NCBI GenBank assembly: GCA_030324005.1
Contig: JARDVH010000167.1
Coordinates: 1,494,730-1,558,729, forward strand
From: Negaprion brevirostris
Lineage: Eukaryota
Length of the DNA: 64,000 nucleotides
Direction: 5' to 3'
Part shown: positions 1-13,450 of the stretch, piece after piece
How the letters are laid out: every line of letters begins with the position of its first letter
Position numbering within the stretch: position 1 is the first letter of the stretch
Program-made: the position numbers and the translations under genes
The notes under the pieces: model-generated
What the model saw: only the letters and a program-made list of their open reading frames with translations
Databases searched by the model: none
Told to the model about the DNA's origin: nothing

Positions 1-284
1 CATATTTGTTGCTTGAGGTCTCAGTGCTTTTTTTCAAGTATTTTAACCCTGCCATTTCCCAGTCATAGGACCCTAACCCATTATTCATTTCCACTGAACA
101 AGTGCCACACATGTTCTGCCCAGTGGAACCTAGATAGCTGCAACAATAATGGAAGAACCTGGGTGCCATGAATCTCTGTGGGATTTTGAAGAACGTGAAT
201 GCTCCTCTTGACCTGACAAAAATCTTCCTATCCATTACAGCTGCTGTTGTATAACCACACTTCTGCCAGTGCTTAGTTTCCACC

Positions 285-650
285 TTGATCAACACCTCAT
301 CCACTGCCTTAAATATTCACTCCTTTCACCAGTGCCACAGAATGGCTGCAATGCATAATATCTACAAGATTGACTGCAGCAACTCTCAAAGGCTTTTTCA
401 ACACCACGTAGAAAAACAAGGTCAGCAGACTCATGGAAAGATCACCACCTGCAAATTCAACTTTAACTCACTTGCCATCCTGACTTGGAAACAAAGGACT
501 ATTTCTTCACTGTCTCTGTAACAGCACAGTGGGTGTACACTGCATGAACTGCAGCAGCTCAAGGAGGTGGCTCGCCACCACCTTCCCAAGGGCAATTTAG
601 GATGAGCAATATGCTGATCTTGCCAGTGATGCTCACATCCCATGAACCCG
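285..650 (+). mobile_element. 3' end of a CR1/L2-group LINE (second family)
   Basis: ctcaaggaggtggctcgccaccaccttcccaagggcaatttaggatgagcaat...cacatcccatgaa; reverse copy at ~46035-46320. Confidence 0.7.
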
Positions 651-2255
651 TGTATCCACCAATTTTTCCTCACGACAGTTCTTCCCAAAGAGGAAAGATT
701 GTTATCATTGAAAATCAGTCCCATTATCTGTATTCTTAAGTATCTCTTCCATATCATGATATACCCAGCAAATTTCTCAACATCTCTTCCCCTTTTAAAC
801 ATTGCAAGTGGGAAAATGTGAGTACAGTCACCAGATGAGTACACTGCCTAAGGTCACATTTGTCTAAATATATCTAAAACTCCTTAAGTAGTTCCCAAGT
901 TGCTTGTGCCTGTGGGATGAAATGTTCTGTGTGTTAATAGGCAATGGANNNNNNNNNNCCAGTAAAATTGTTTGCATTCCCGGTCTCTATAGAAATGCTT
1001 TAGTCAGTCATTCCAGAATAAAAAGAAACAAAGGCGGTCTGGCCATCTTGAGGGACTACAGAACTTTGAATCCGATTTCACCCCTCTTGCAATCAATGGA
1101 ATGTAAAGGCTGCTATCACAGGATTAACATCATGCCATTGTTATCAAGTAAGATTCAATACTAGCTCAGATGGTAAATGCAATGTCCAGCTGCAAAGAGC
1201 TCAATTCCATGTCTATGTATTGTAAACTGCCCTTCACGAAGGCTTTGGCAATTAGCATCAAATGCACCTGATCTTGGTCGGTGAGGTTTCGATCAAGGTT
1301 CCTGCCACAGATCACACGTGCTGTACTTTCCCACAGAGTCCACTTTTTCTGTGTCATTCTTAGCTTGTGTAGTTACTGTGAACCAATGGTTTGAACAGAA
1401 GTACTTTACACCGTGTTTTTGTTAACTTCTGTCTGACCATCAGGTGTTCTAGCAATCTTAGAACTTCAGAAACTCCATGGAAACTTGCAAAAGCAGAGCG
1501 ATTGTTTTTGTGTGTGTGAGAAATATGGAGAGATTTAACTACAATGCCCCATTGCTTGTGAACACCAACTAGTATCAGAATGAAAATATAGCTATTTCTC
1601 AAAGGTACTAGCGGGCACACTTCCCCCTTTGACCTTTCTGCCTGTCTACACTTTGGCATAATAAGGGGACTGTGATGAATTCTGATGCTACAACAGTTAT
1701 CTTCTAAAACCTTCTCCAGTTAAAGGAATAAAGACAACAGTGGCACACAAGGTACATCATCTCCAACTGGAGACTCAAGAAATTGAAAGAATCTGCTTTG
1801 AGCTGATTTTCAGCATAATGAGTAGATTGGCAATGTAACATGGGAAATGGTTTCATTAACTGGTGAACTGTGACAAGCTGCTTCTTGATTTTTATCAGCT
1901 TGGGTCAAGAAAATTGGAAGAAACAGTGGATAAATTGAAAGTTGATTGACGAGTCTCCTGCCTCTTGTTACTATCTTTAATTATGGCAATAAATTTAAAA
2001 AGATCCATGGCAAGAAGCCTACCACTTTTCTTTTCGAACTTGTGTAGCACATTTTAACTTGGAATTTAGTGGTGCAATGTAGGTGTATGGCCCACTCCTG
2101 TCATGCCAAGTTGCTTTGTGGAAAATAGCCAGCAATACAGTGGTGTTCTTTGGAGTATCAACTAACTCTCTGGAATTACTGATACTAAATGACTATAACT
2201 GCAAAAAGGGGCACCTTTTCATGGATGGTTTTACTTCACACCTGCCATCATAACT

Positions 2256-2570
2256 CATAAGAACATCAGAACATAAGAAATAGGAGCAGGAGTCGGCCAT
2301 CTAGCCCTTCGAGCCTGCCCCGCCATTCAATGAGATCATGGCTGNNNNNNNNNNNNNNNNNNNNNNNNNNNNNNNNNNNNNNNNNNNNNNNNNNNNNNNN
2401 NNNNNNNNNNNNNNNNNNNNNNNNNNNNNNNNNNNNNNNNNNNNAATAGGAGCAGGAGTAGGCCATCTAGCCCTTCGAGCCTGCCCCGCCATTCAATGAG
2501 ATCATGGCTGATCTGAAGTGGCTCAGTTCCACTTTCCTGCTTTCTCCCCATAACTCCTTACCCTTAAATC
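2256..2570 (-). mobile_element. CR1 3' tail (duplicated across a gap)
   Basis: cataagaacataagaaataggagcaggag...gccattcaatgagatcatggctgatc; same family as 16080-16155 and 38204-38280. Confidence 0.85.
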
Positions 2571-2900
2571 ATATATCTCACCCAGCAGCGTTTGCCCAGT
2601 TATTACTCCATTCTACATGTACTTCACCAATACCTGCTCATAACCATTGTCAGTGCCTGATGGCCAGGTGTCATGGCCTTTTCATCCCTGCCCTGAATGA
2701 TATGTTAAAAGTCATTCCTGGACACCTTGACTCATTGCACTAGAAACAGGTCCATAACCCAATGCCACACTGGCAACAGCAACGCAAACATTGGCATGAA
2801 AACTCACAACACCACACCATGGTCGACCAGGCACAGCTCAGAGCACTTTCCTGCCATTCCCTTGGAGGAAAATTTAAAAGAAACAAAACACTGCTTCTTA

Positions 2901-3005
<105 letters not shown>

Positions 3006-5134
3006 TCATCTATAAGTGTATCGAAATAGAAAGTATATTTCTTCTATAAGAAAGGGGTGGCTTTTGAAGAACACAATAGACAGATTGGAGCACCAACCCC
3101 TATGTGCTCTGACATTTTTATGCTGTGTTACATACTCTTACGTTTTATTTCCAGCACACAAAGAGGCAATTCAGCCCTACAGATCCATGCTACTCACAAT
3201 ACTCCTGCACTTTGTTCACTGTGCATACATCCAGTGCCTCTTTGCCCAATATGGGGTCCTTTGGAGAGTGGAATATGGAAATAGAGTGGAGAAAGATCAG
3301 TCATAATCTTATTGAATGGTGGAGGAGGTTCAAGGGACCATATGGTCTACAACTGCTTCTATTTTTTCTGTCCTTTTGACAACATTTTGAGTTGTCCAAG
3401 ACTAGATGGCTTACTGGTAGAAGGGGGAATTTGTAAGTGAAAACATCATCTCAACATAAAGCCGACTAGAAGATCCCAGTTTTCTATAATTTGGGCTCCT
3501 GCCTCTGAGATGAGAGTGAAAAATTAGCCAGTCTACTCTTTTCCACAACTGAATGCTCATGAATGGCAGTGTAGCTGGTTGAATCAGCCTTATTATTACC
3601 CCGCTGGGATCAGCCAACTTAACACAGACATTATATAGTATGTGGCTCCTTCGCAGCCCACATAGCTCACTTGCCACTGAAGCTTTTCTCCGAACTTTTG
3701 AACATTTGCAATGAAAATTGTTTTCTATTAAGAGAACCAGAGACCTACCAATAAACAAAATCACCATACATCTTTACTAATCAAACTTTTTCCCCAGTTT
3801 GGTAATGTAGGAAAGTCACTATCATGCTTTAATTAAATAATTAACTCAAGAATATTTTTGTTAGATCAGTCGAGGGTGGGAAACATATGCTGCACATGTT
3901 CTTTTCCTTCAATAATGTTTGCAATGTTTATTTAATATTATATGGACATAAACATGAAATGGGTGACGTTGGGAACTGGCAGTGGTGTGAACATCCTGCA
4001 GTGCTGGATCTACATTTCGAAGAGATGGGCCCACAGCTGAGATCCATTTAAATTCCTCGCCCGCATAATCTTTGTGGTGCACTTTACTCATGTCACGGTG
4101 ACAGTTTGAACCACAGAATTTTCAAGAACTTTAACCTTATGTACATGTACTTTTTTTGAGAATCAAGCACATGAACATCCACGTCAAGATTTTGTCTGGC
4201 AAAACTGTTAACATTGAAAGTTTACTGCAGGAGGTTGTCATGTTTGCTTCTGTTTTTGCCAAGTCCATTCCCTTTTTAGTGAATGTTTGTGCTTTTGAGA
4301 AAAGGGATGTTACTGCTAGGCAATGGAACACTTCCTATTTCAAGCACTCATTGTCAGCAGGAACCAATCTCAGAGCAAGCTTGGCATGAGTGTCAAGTAA
4401 AGCTCCCTCAACACTGTCCCATCAAACACTCCCAAGACAACTCGAACACAAGCTAGATGCCCCCAAAGCATGACTCTAGCCTCCTAGTCATCCATTTTTT
4501 AATTTTCAAATGGACAGTTAGGTTTGTTTCCACGGACGGCCCACAGTCAGGCCTCCAAAATCAATATCCTAGAGGATGCTTCGAGAAATTGGACCAAGGA
4601 AATCTTACAAAATAGAACTTAAGAAAATATTGCTGTACTGTTTCTAATTCAGACCAGGATTTCTAGCAGTTTTACTGCTTCCCCTACATTTCTCCTGATG
4701 CTGAATTTAGTGTTTTCTTTTGGGAGTAATTTGAATATCAAGAAATATATAATGGCGCTCCAATGATGTTCAAATGCTGACGTATGTTTGCCATCTTTTT
4801 CTCCCTACAAATAAGACAACAACTAACTTCTCTCTATTTTGCTTTTGTGTCAAAACACTTTTTGTCAGAGATACCCATCCCAAACTTATGCCTTGTCCAA
4901 TGCCCAGTCTCAAGATTACTGCAGCAGAGGTCTGAGGTCTCGGCCCACGATTCCTCCACACAATGAACTCCTAATTTTGGTTACACATCTGTAGGCAATT
5001 GCCAAGTAGAGACCAGGCTTTTCCCCTCAGGACAACAAAAATGTAGGGCAAATGCTTCTGGGAAGTAATAGTTGTGTTTTAATGAGGCCCTTTGTATTTG
5101 CTATACAGAGACTGAGATAATCCAGCCTCCTTGT

Positions 5135-5470
5135 GCAACAACAACTTACGTTTATATGACATCTTTAGTATAGTAAAATGTCAAAAACTGTTTCACTGTA
5201 GTATTATAAAATAAAGTTTGGCGCACAGCTAGGGAATGAAATATTAGAACAGATGACTAAAAGCTTGGTTAAAGAGTTCTGTTTACAGGAAAATCTTAAC
5301 GGAGGAGAGAGATTTGATGAGACCAAGAAATTCAGGGACGGAATTCCAGAGCTTAGGAAAAAGCCAGCTGAAGGCAAGGCCACCAATGGTGGAGTGATTA
5401 AAATCAGGGATGTGCACGATGCCAGAATTGGAATGGCCCAGAGATCTCAGATGGTTGTCAGGCTACAGGA
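5135..5470 (-). mobile_element. L2-clade LINE 3' end; related fragments at ~25600-25810 (+), ~62080-62370 and ~62890-63200 (-)
   Basis: caacaacaacttacgtttatat...aaagcttggttaaagag...gaattccagagcttagg...cagctgaaggc, which recurs in the listed copies. Confidence 0.65.
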
Positions 5471-8149
5471 GTGCCATTCTCCTGCCTTCTTTGCTGGAAA
5501 AGCAGAATAAGTAGTAGCAACAGTATTGAATTTTAGTTCGGGCAACATCCCCTTCCCAGACAGGCAGTGAATGGAGTCCAAATTGCTTGTGTGGAATATA
5601 AATACATTGACCAGTGTGGCAGAAGGCTGTTTTTATGTTGTAACCTCCAAGTAATGGGTATGGCATAGTAAGTCAGCTGAGACCCATCAATAAATTGTGG
5701 TAGGTGTCAAATAGACTTTGGGTTTTGTGATTTTAACAAGTCACAAATAATTCAGCTACCTGGGGATTGTCAATAGTAAATTGTGAGATCTGTGGCTGTT
5801 CTATACCAACTGTCAATCTAACTCCAAAGGATATGTGATCAATCGAGGCAATTTATCTCACAATGAAGGTCAGGCAACCCAAGTCCTAAAAATCTGAGAA
5901 AAAGAACTGCAGTGTTGAGCAAACCTAGTGATGAATTCTTCTAATGAAGGAACTGCTGCTGGAACCATGTGAATGGGAGTTTCCAGTCAAGCCTGAATTT
6001 ATAATTGGCATTACAAATGGCAAATTTCCTCTCCCCATCCGTCCCTCCACCCTGTTAATGACAAATTGTTGTATAATCATCAACTTTCTCTTGTCCTCTG
6101 CTAACATTTGCTGGGCTTCAGTGTTGGCAGATTGTTAGCACATCACATTCCCAAGGCTAAGATTATCTTAATGGAATTCTGAGAAGAAACCATTTTCTTA
6201 GACTGAGAAAAGTGAGGTGAACAACTCAGTTGGACAACTCAGAGGCTCGAAAGTCTCAAGGAGGTGAAAGGTTAAATGAAAAATTAGTCATAGGGTGATG
6301 TCAACCTTGGGTTTCACAGATCTACAGTTGCAGGTAATTGGAAAGACTAAGGGAAGAGAGGAGTTATAAAGGTTGAGAATAGAAGAGTATATGACTTCAT
6401 AATGACACTTAATTTCAACAGAGTAAGGATGTGGTGGGGGGGGGGTGAATTCATGGATAAATAAGCTTTTGTGGAAAGAACTTGTAAAACTGAAATATAA
6501 GAGGAGGTCATTTTGTCCCTTAACCCTACTCTCTGTCATTCAAGAGGTTATGGCTGATCTTGATCTAACTCTATATATTCACATTTGTCCCATAACCCTA
6601 CCTTAGGTTCATAAGAATCAATCAGATTTAAAAATAACTATTGATCTAGTTACAATTGACGTATGCGGAGGGAGTTCCAAAATTCTATCACTCTTTGTGT
6701 GCTTGAGTATATCCTAACTTTACCCCGAGGTGACGCCTGTAAAATCAGGCTCAGTAGTTTCAGGGGTTGTGGGGGTTGGGACATGATCAAGCTGTGTATT
6801 GGTTTCCATAATACTAATGGTGTACAGTCCAACCTTCACATTGTTCTCAGTACTGACAACTTGCAGCCCCCCTCCCCCAATGAGAGTTGTGCTAATTTGC
6901 ACCATCTGTCGGGCACAGAGCTGGAGAGAGCAAGTCACACAGCCATATGAGTAAGAACACATCTGCGCCTCCTTCCTCAGTTGATCAGTGCTGTGTAGCT
7001 AGACAGCTGAAAACCTTGTCCCTCCTCAGCTGAAATTTCGATTTTAACCCTCTATTCCCACAAACACTTTTGTTCCTTTATTCCTGTGCCTTCACTGCAC
7101 CCTATTATTCTAGAAATTTGCCAACAGATTTCCTTCAAGAGACGAGCAGACATTGTTACTCCCCAGCTGATTCAGTCAGTCAGCATCCTGGGTTCCTTTT
7201 GCTAGCCTGTGTGCTCACTGCACTAGCGTCAATCAAGATTGCAGTAAGTAACAGCAAGTTCAATATAGCAATTCTGATGAGGTGCGGCAGGGATGATTCT
7301 TCTGATTCCTTGGGATTCTGCTCCCGACATAACATTATGATCCTTGCCAGGCAGTGAGCATGGGTGACAGCAACCAAAAGCGATATGGTCGATCTTGGCT
7401 TCAATACCATGTAAAATAGTGCACTGAACCTCCTGAAAAAATATCATTTGATTGCGGGTTTGGAGAGCAAACAGGTTATAGCTGGTGATACTTGCTGTAA
7501 GTTGCACAAGAAAACAACAGCAGCAGCAACATCAAGAACTTCATTCATCCTGTGAATTTAATGTGGAAAATTGATTGAGTAGATGAGAGGTGGTCCGATA
7601 GAAATTTATAAGATTATGATAAGAGATTTATAAGATTCTTTGGGGGCTTAACAGGGGAGATGGTTAGAGGCTGTTTCCTTTGGCTGGAGGCTTTAAAATT
7701 ACAAGTCATCGCCTCGGGATAAGAGTTTGATTATTTGAGATTGAGCTGAGGAGAAATTTCTTCACACTTTGGAATTCTCTCCACAGCTGCAGATACTTAG
7801 TTACTGAGTACATTCAAAGCTGAGCCAGTTTGATTTTTGAACTCCAGGGGAGTTAAGGGATATTGAAATTCAATGGGAGAATGGAGCTGAGGTCAAAGCT
7901 TGACCAGGATTGCATTGAAAGCAGAGCAGGTCTGAAGGACCATACCACATCCTTCTGATCTTATTTTGAGTATTAAAATTCTCCCTAAACCTGGAGGTGA
8001 AATCGGAAAATGGTTGCTGAGCCAAGGAAGGACATAGTGGGATATGGTGAGCAGAGGTGAGTTTTAAGGAGGGTTTTAAAGGAGCTTCAGCAGAAGATTT
8101 TAGGAAAGGAATTCTAGAGATTGACAGCACAGTTGTCAGTGAGAAAGGA

Positions 8150-8480
8150 GAGACATTTCTCGTGTGCCTTTCATGACCGAAGGACATCCTAAAATGTTTC
8201 ACAGCCAATGATGTACTTTTGAAGTGAACACAGAATCCAAGTTGCACACACGAAACTCCCTGAAACAAAAATGTGATTTTCAGGAAAGTTGTGTGGGGAT
8301 GAATAATGGTTAGGACACAGAATACTCCTCTGTTCCTCTTCAAAATTTGCCATGGGATTAACTATGTCCACCTGAGAGTGCAGGCGGGGCCAGATGATGT
8401 TTAACGTCCCATTCGAGGGAAGGCACCTCCAACAGTGCAGCACTCCCTTTGTGGTGAGGGTGTTAGCCACTGAGCAAGGC
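8150..8480 (-). mobile_element. DeuSINE (SacSINE1/AmnSINE1-like) copy
   Basis: Deu-domain-like gccatgggatt...gtccacctgagag..gcag...gtttaacgtcccattcga...ggcacctccaacagtgcagcactccc. Related copies at ~21180-21420, ~38745-38840 and ~40265-40590. Confidence 0.72.
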
Positions 8481-9034
8481 TGACACAGTGACCACTAATC
8501 TGATAGAATTAAGGAAATGGGTGATTCACAACAAGCAGAGTTGGAGGAAGGGAGAGATGAAAGGTGAAAGTTGCAGAGGTCACAGAGGTGTGAACACACA
8601 AGGCCACAAAGGATTTCTACATTTTTGTTTCAGGGAGCTTGCTGTGTGCAAATTGGGATCTGTGTTCAATGCATCAGTGACTTTGCTTCAAAAGTACTTT
8701 ATTGGCTGTGAAACATATTAAGATGTCCTCAGGTCATGACAGGCATTAAAGAAATGTCTCTCTTTTCTCATTGACAACTGTGCTGTCAATCTCTAGAAAT
8801 ATGGGAGACCTGATAATTTTGTTCAGTGTTGTCTTCTCTGACCTCAGCCTAGCCGCAGTAAGGCCTCAGGACTCTAAGCTTTGGTGGGGAGAACATTAGT
8901 TTGGATTCCCACAGCCTAATGCATAAACCTGCTGGAAAGCCTATTAGTGCACATACTGAAATGAGAACCATATTGAGCTTGGCTGCTACCCCCCATTACA
9001 TGAATCAGGGTCAACAGCAGGGTTCTGAGGAAGG

Positions 9035-9680
9035 TGGAGGAACAGAGAGATCTTGGGGTTCATATCCACAGATCTCTGAAGGTTGCCACTCAAGTGGATA
9101 GAACTGTGAAGAAGGCTTATAGTGTGTTAGTGTTTATTATCAGGTGGTTTGAGTTTATGAGCCATGGGGTTATGCTGCAACTATAACGGATGTTGGTGAG
9201 ACCACATTTGGAATATTGTGTTCAGTTCTGGTCACCTCATTACAAGAAGGATGTGGACGCATTGGAGACAGTGCAGAGGAGATTTACCAGGATGCTGCCT
9301 GGTTTGGAGGGTAGGCCTTATGAGGAACGTTTGAGGGAGCTGGGGCTTTTCTCTTTTAAGCAGAGGAGGATGAGAGGCGACTTAATAGAAGTTTGTAAGA
9401 TGATGAGAGGGATTGATACAGTGGACGTGCAGAGACTNNNNNNNNNNNNNNNNNNNNNNNNNNNNNNNNNNNNNNNNNNNNNNNNNNNNNNNNNNNNNNN
9501 NNNNNNNNNNNNNNNNNNNNNNNNNNNNNNNNNNNNNGAACTTTCAAGCGGTTATTGGATAGGCACATGGAGCACTCCAGAATGATAGGGAGTGGGATAG
9601 CTTGATCTTGGGTTTGGACATAGCTCGGTACAACATTGAGGGCCGAAGGGCCTGTACTGTTCTATGTTCTAAGTTCTATG
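9035..9680 (+). mobile_element. 5'-truncated CR1 (HER1-like) LINE
   Basis: ORF 9190 reads [38 protein letters not shown] (CR1 ORF2 C-terminus). Tail gggccgaagggcctgtactgttctatgttct. Confidence 0.92.
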
Positions 9681-10214
9681 AATTGTTGAGGTAAACGCTT
9701 AAAAGTGCTGGATATACACAGTGGATTCATCAAAAAGCAACAGACTGACTCTGATTTTGAGTAATCGATTAATTTTTTCACTGTCAGATGCTGGCTAACC
9801 TACCAAGTATTTCCAGAATTTTCTGCCTTAATTTTATTTACCTGTGCATCAGCAATGAGCCCAGCCCTTACTCCACTATTCAAATAGAGAAACAAATGAA
9901 CTATAAAAATGGCCTGTTTTCACTTTACAGAAATATCTCTGCTGCAAAATACAATTATTTAGGTTTGTCTAATTATTATGGAAGCACCAACTTCTGCTGA
10001 CTTACAAATTCCCTGAGCACCTTGAGCCTGTCAATACCTCTTCCATTCTTCCTCCCTGAGTCTCAACAGCGATGAATACATTAGTCGACTATGAAGGGAG
10101 TCTTGGTGAGATGTGATCCTGTGCTCACTTGTTGCTCAGACACATGCACCAACCAGCAGAGGTCACTGGAATGGGGACAAGATCAGTGCAGGATTATAGA
10201 CTGATAGAGCACAG

Positions 10215-10570
10215 AGAATGAAAATGCAATCCTTCACCAACAGGTGCCTCAGAAGGATTCTGAGGATACACTGGCCAAATAGCATCAATAATATTAGGTT
10301 ATGCAAAGAGCTAAAACAAGACCCAGTGGTCCTCCAAATCAAAAGGTGAAAATGGAATTGCATGGGCCATACTTTGAGGAAGCCACAGAACAACATTACA
10401 TGGAAAGCTCTCGCATGGAACCCATAGGAAAGAGAAAGTATAGTCAAGCAGCAAACACATTGAGGAGATGACAGCCAAGGTCTAAACAAGGCAACAGCTG
10501 GAAAGTTGGCCCAAAACAGGATTAGAAGGAGAGAATTTGTCTGTGACCTGTTCTCCACCAAGGAATGAAA
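10215..10570 (+). mobile_element. RTE-clade LINE 3' fragment (SR2/RTE-1-like C-terminus)
   Basis: KMQSFTNRCLRRILRIHWPNSINN...QIKR*KWNCMGHTLRKPQNNITWKALAWNP, then a frameshifted LAQNR.RRREFVCDLFS. Confidence 0.8.
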
Positions 10571-11149
10571 ATGCAAAGCAGAAGCTATTCAGCCCATTTT
10601 ATCTGTGCTTACTTGTTGATCATGTTTTCCAATCAGTCCCATTGCCCTGCTCTTTCCCCAACCCGATAAATATTGTCCTTTCAAATCTTTGGCCGGGATC
10701 TTCCAGGCCCGCCTGCGGCAGGAATTGTCATGGGCCGAATGGAAAATTGACAGATCGGCCAGAGATCTGGACAGGAATTTCTGATGGGATCCCACCCAGT
10801 TTTTTGGACAAAACTATTGAATCTGCTTCTTTCACCCGATCAGTACATTCTAGATCATAACTCACAGTGTAAAACTCACAAGGTGATATTTTCCAGCTGT
10901 TTATTCCAGCAGGATTTTCTGGTCCTGCTGCAGTGAACAGAGGTTTGGCTGAGTGTGAAATTCTCCATCCTCACAGGCAGTGAGAGAGGGGCATGAAGGA
11001 GCTGCTAAGATTGCACCAAAACGCTTTCCTGTTTCCTGTGGTTATTGACACTTCTACTATTGAAAAGAGTTTCTCTATTTACTCATTTAAAGTATAAGAG
11101 CTACCATTGCATGTCTCAATCTCACTTAGGCTGTTTTTGTTCCCACATT

Positions 11150-11515
11150 TATATTTCTTTCATGGGATTTTAGAGTCACGGCTAATGCCCATCCCTAATT
11201 ACCCTTGAACTGGATGGCTTGCCACACCATTTCAGACGGCAGTTAAGAGTCCGTTACATTACAATGGGTCTGGACTAAGGATATGGGTCTGGAGTAAACC
11301 ACGTAGGGATGGCAGATTTTTTTTCTAAAAAACATGATAGTAAACAATGTGGGTTTTTACAGTAATTGTTTCATGGTCATTGCAACTAAGACCAGCTTTT
11401 CACTTCCAGACTAAAATTCCACCAGCTTCCAGGTAGGATTTGAACCTGTGTGCTCAACTCATTTGCCTGGGCCTCTGGATTATTAGTCCAGTGATGTTAC
11501 TACTACACCACCATC
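11150..11515 (-). mobile_element. tRNA-derived SINE whose tail matches the LINE 3' ends at ~560-650 and ~46040-46130
   Basis: Reverse head with a B-box (ggatttgaacc on +) and tail ttcatggga...gcccatccctaattacccttgaac. Confidence 0.68.
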
Positions 11516-12704
11516 TGTAACAATTTGAAGCAGCAATTCTGGCTAATCTTCCTACAATTTGGACTGGAAAGGTTAACTCTGTTTCTCTTCTTTGATGCTG
11601 CCAGACCTGCTGAGTTTCTCCAGCACTTTCTGTTTTTTATTTTAGATTTCCAGCATCTGTAGCATTTTGCTTTTATTCTCATGAATCCACTTATTTTCAC
11701 TTATTCCTGATCCAGAATGCTGAGGCTCCATGACAATGCCCTGTGTGGTGCTCCCTTGTTGAAGGCAGCTGAGACTGTACAAAGTTGGGGTCATATCTGG
11801 AAGGTGCTGTTCTGTGCCACAGCTGATTGTGCTTTTGCAGAGAAAGAGCCAAAGGGTTCTTTTACAAGAGTGTTTACACTCACGGATCATGTTACCAGAA
11901 GCTCAGGTAAAATTGCCATGGTGAGGTATTCAGATGAGTAGCTGGAAATGGTAAAGCAAAAGCATTTTTGTCTATTTTTTCTCTCCTATTGAATCTTGTT
12001 TTCTCTCTTCTCTTTCTGTCTTAATTGCTTGGGATTTTTTTGTACTCGTGTTTGTGAGTGTATGCAAGTGTGCCTGTACTTTATACAAATTACTTTTCAC
12101 CATTGTTCTGAATGCTGAGATTGCGCAGCCACCATAGTGAGGGAAGCCAGAGGTGAAGTTTGTAATCTGAGATCCCCACAAAATGAGGCAATGCTGCCAG
12201 ACCCTGGTTTAACATAGGCCTGACTTTATAATCTGCCCACTCTCACTGTTGATCTTTTGGAGTCTTCCAGCCAGATAGGTTGCTGACTGCCAATGCCCAA
12301 ATAATTTGCAAGGCTTTAACAGATCTGAATTTAAAAACACGAACATTCAAGCTTGCCCAAAATACTTTTGGGAAACAAATTGTTGGCTTTGCAATGAAGA
12401 ATGTTCCTAGGTTTGCAAAATGAAGTGTACTTACAGTCATGTATCTCACTGACAGCAAGGTCAGAGTGAACCTTCTCTGGGATCTTTTACTGTGTAACTT
12501 GGAGGAGAGACTACATCAGCACAGGGACAATACTTTGGTTTACTCCTGACTTTTTTTTAAACCTAAAGCATAATTCCAACTCATATTTTGCTCTCAGGAA
12601 ATAATGGATCACAGTAGGTCTTAGCTTGTGATTCCTAAGTATTGAACTCCCAATTTCAGTCAACCCAATGTAATCAAATATTTTCCTGCAGGTATTCTAT
12701 GCAA

Positions 12705-13450
12705 TTACATAACATTTACAACACAGAAACGGATAGGTTGTCCCATCTGGTCAACACTAGCATTTAATTGCCAGATAAGCCTCCTCCCACACCCCTTCAT
12801 CTTGCCCTATCAGTATATCCTACGATTCCTTTCTTTCTCATGTACTTACAAAATGCATCTCTGCTATTCATCTTAACTGTTATAGTAGCAAGTTCTACAA
12901 TCAAACCAGACTGCCTGGTTAAAGACATTTTTCCTGACTTCTCTATTGGGTTTATTGATTATATTATATTTCGGGCCCTCAGTATTGTTCTTGAGGAGGT
13001 TTTGCAGCACAATGGGGAATATTCCAGCCTTTAAGCCAGAAACTTGAACCCCACCACAGTTTGATGGCAAAAGAGTGCGGGGTTCATAACATGGCTAAAC
13101 AGGTTGAGCATCAACCTGCAATTTCTTCAGAAATACGTATCAATGGCAGGTGTTAAGAATGGGACAGATTTCTCATCAGCCGTATGATGGCAAGAATTTT
13201 GTAGCCTCTGCCATCACTGTCCATAATTCTAGACTGGAATGTGCCCCTACAAGTGCATGTTGCCACAGCAGTGAAGGAATTGTGACACATCACTATCACC
13301 TGTCCTGTTCTCACCCAAAAATGGAAATAGCTTCTCTATGTCTATCTTATAAAATCCTTTTAGAATTTTAAGGACCTCTGTCACGTTGCTCTCTCAACCT
13401 TCTCTTTTCTGAAAGAAAAACCAAGCCTGTTCAGTCTTTCCTGATACATA
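12705..13450 (-). mobile_element. Old CR1 3' end interrupted by a ~314-bp SINE-like insert (12992-13305)
   Basis: The CR1 tail-like sequence reads through if 12992-13305 is removed; tgttct is duplicated at 12986-12991 and 13306-13311. Confidence 0.6.

Noticed and set aside
1020-1680. Possible decayed Gypsy integrase on the minus strand (FASFHGVSEVLR)
   Set aside because: Only a faint resemblance, with no intact DDE motifs; not supportable without a search.
2278-2510. ~66-bp direct repeat on both sides of a 100-N gap
   Set aside because: The same CR1 tail with one mismatch on each side of a gap is most simply an unmerged contig overlap, not a tandem array.
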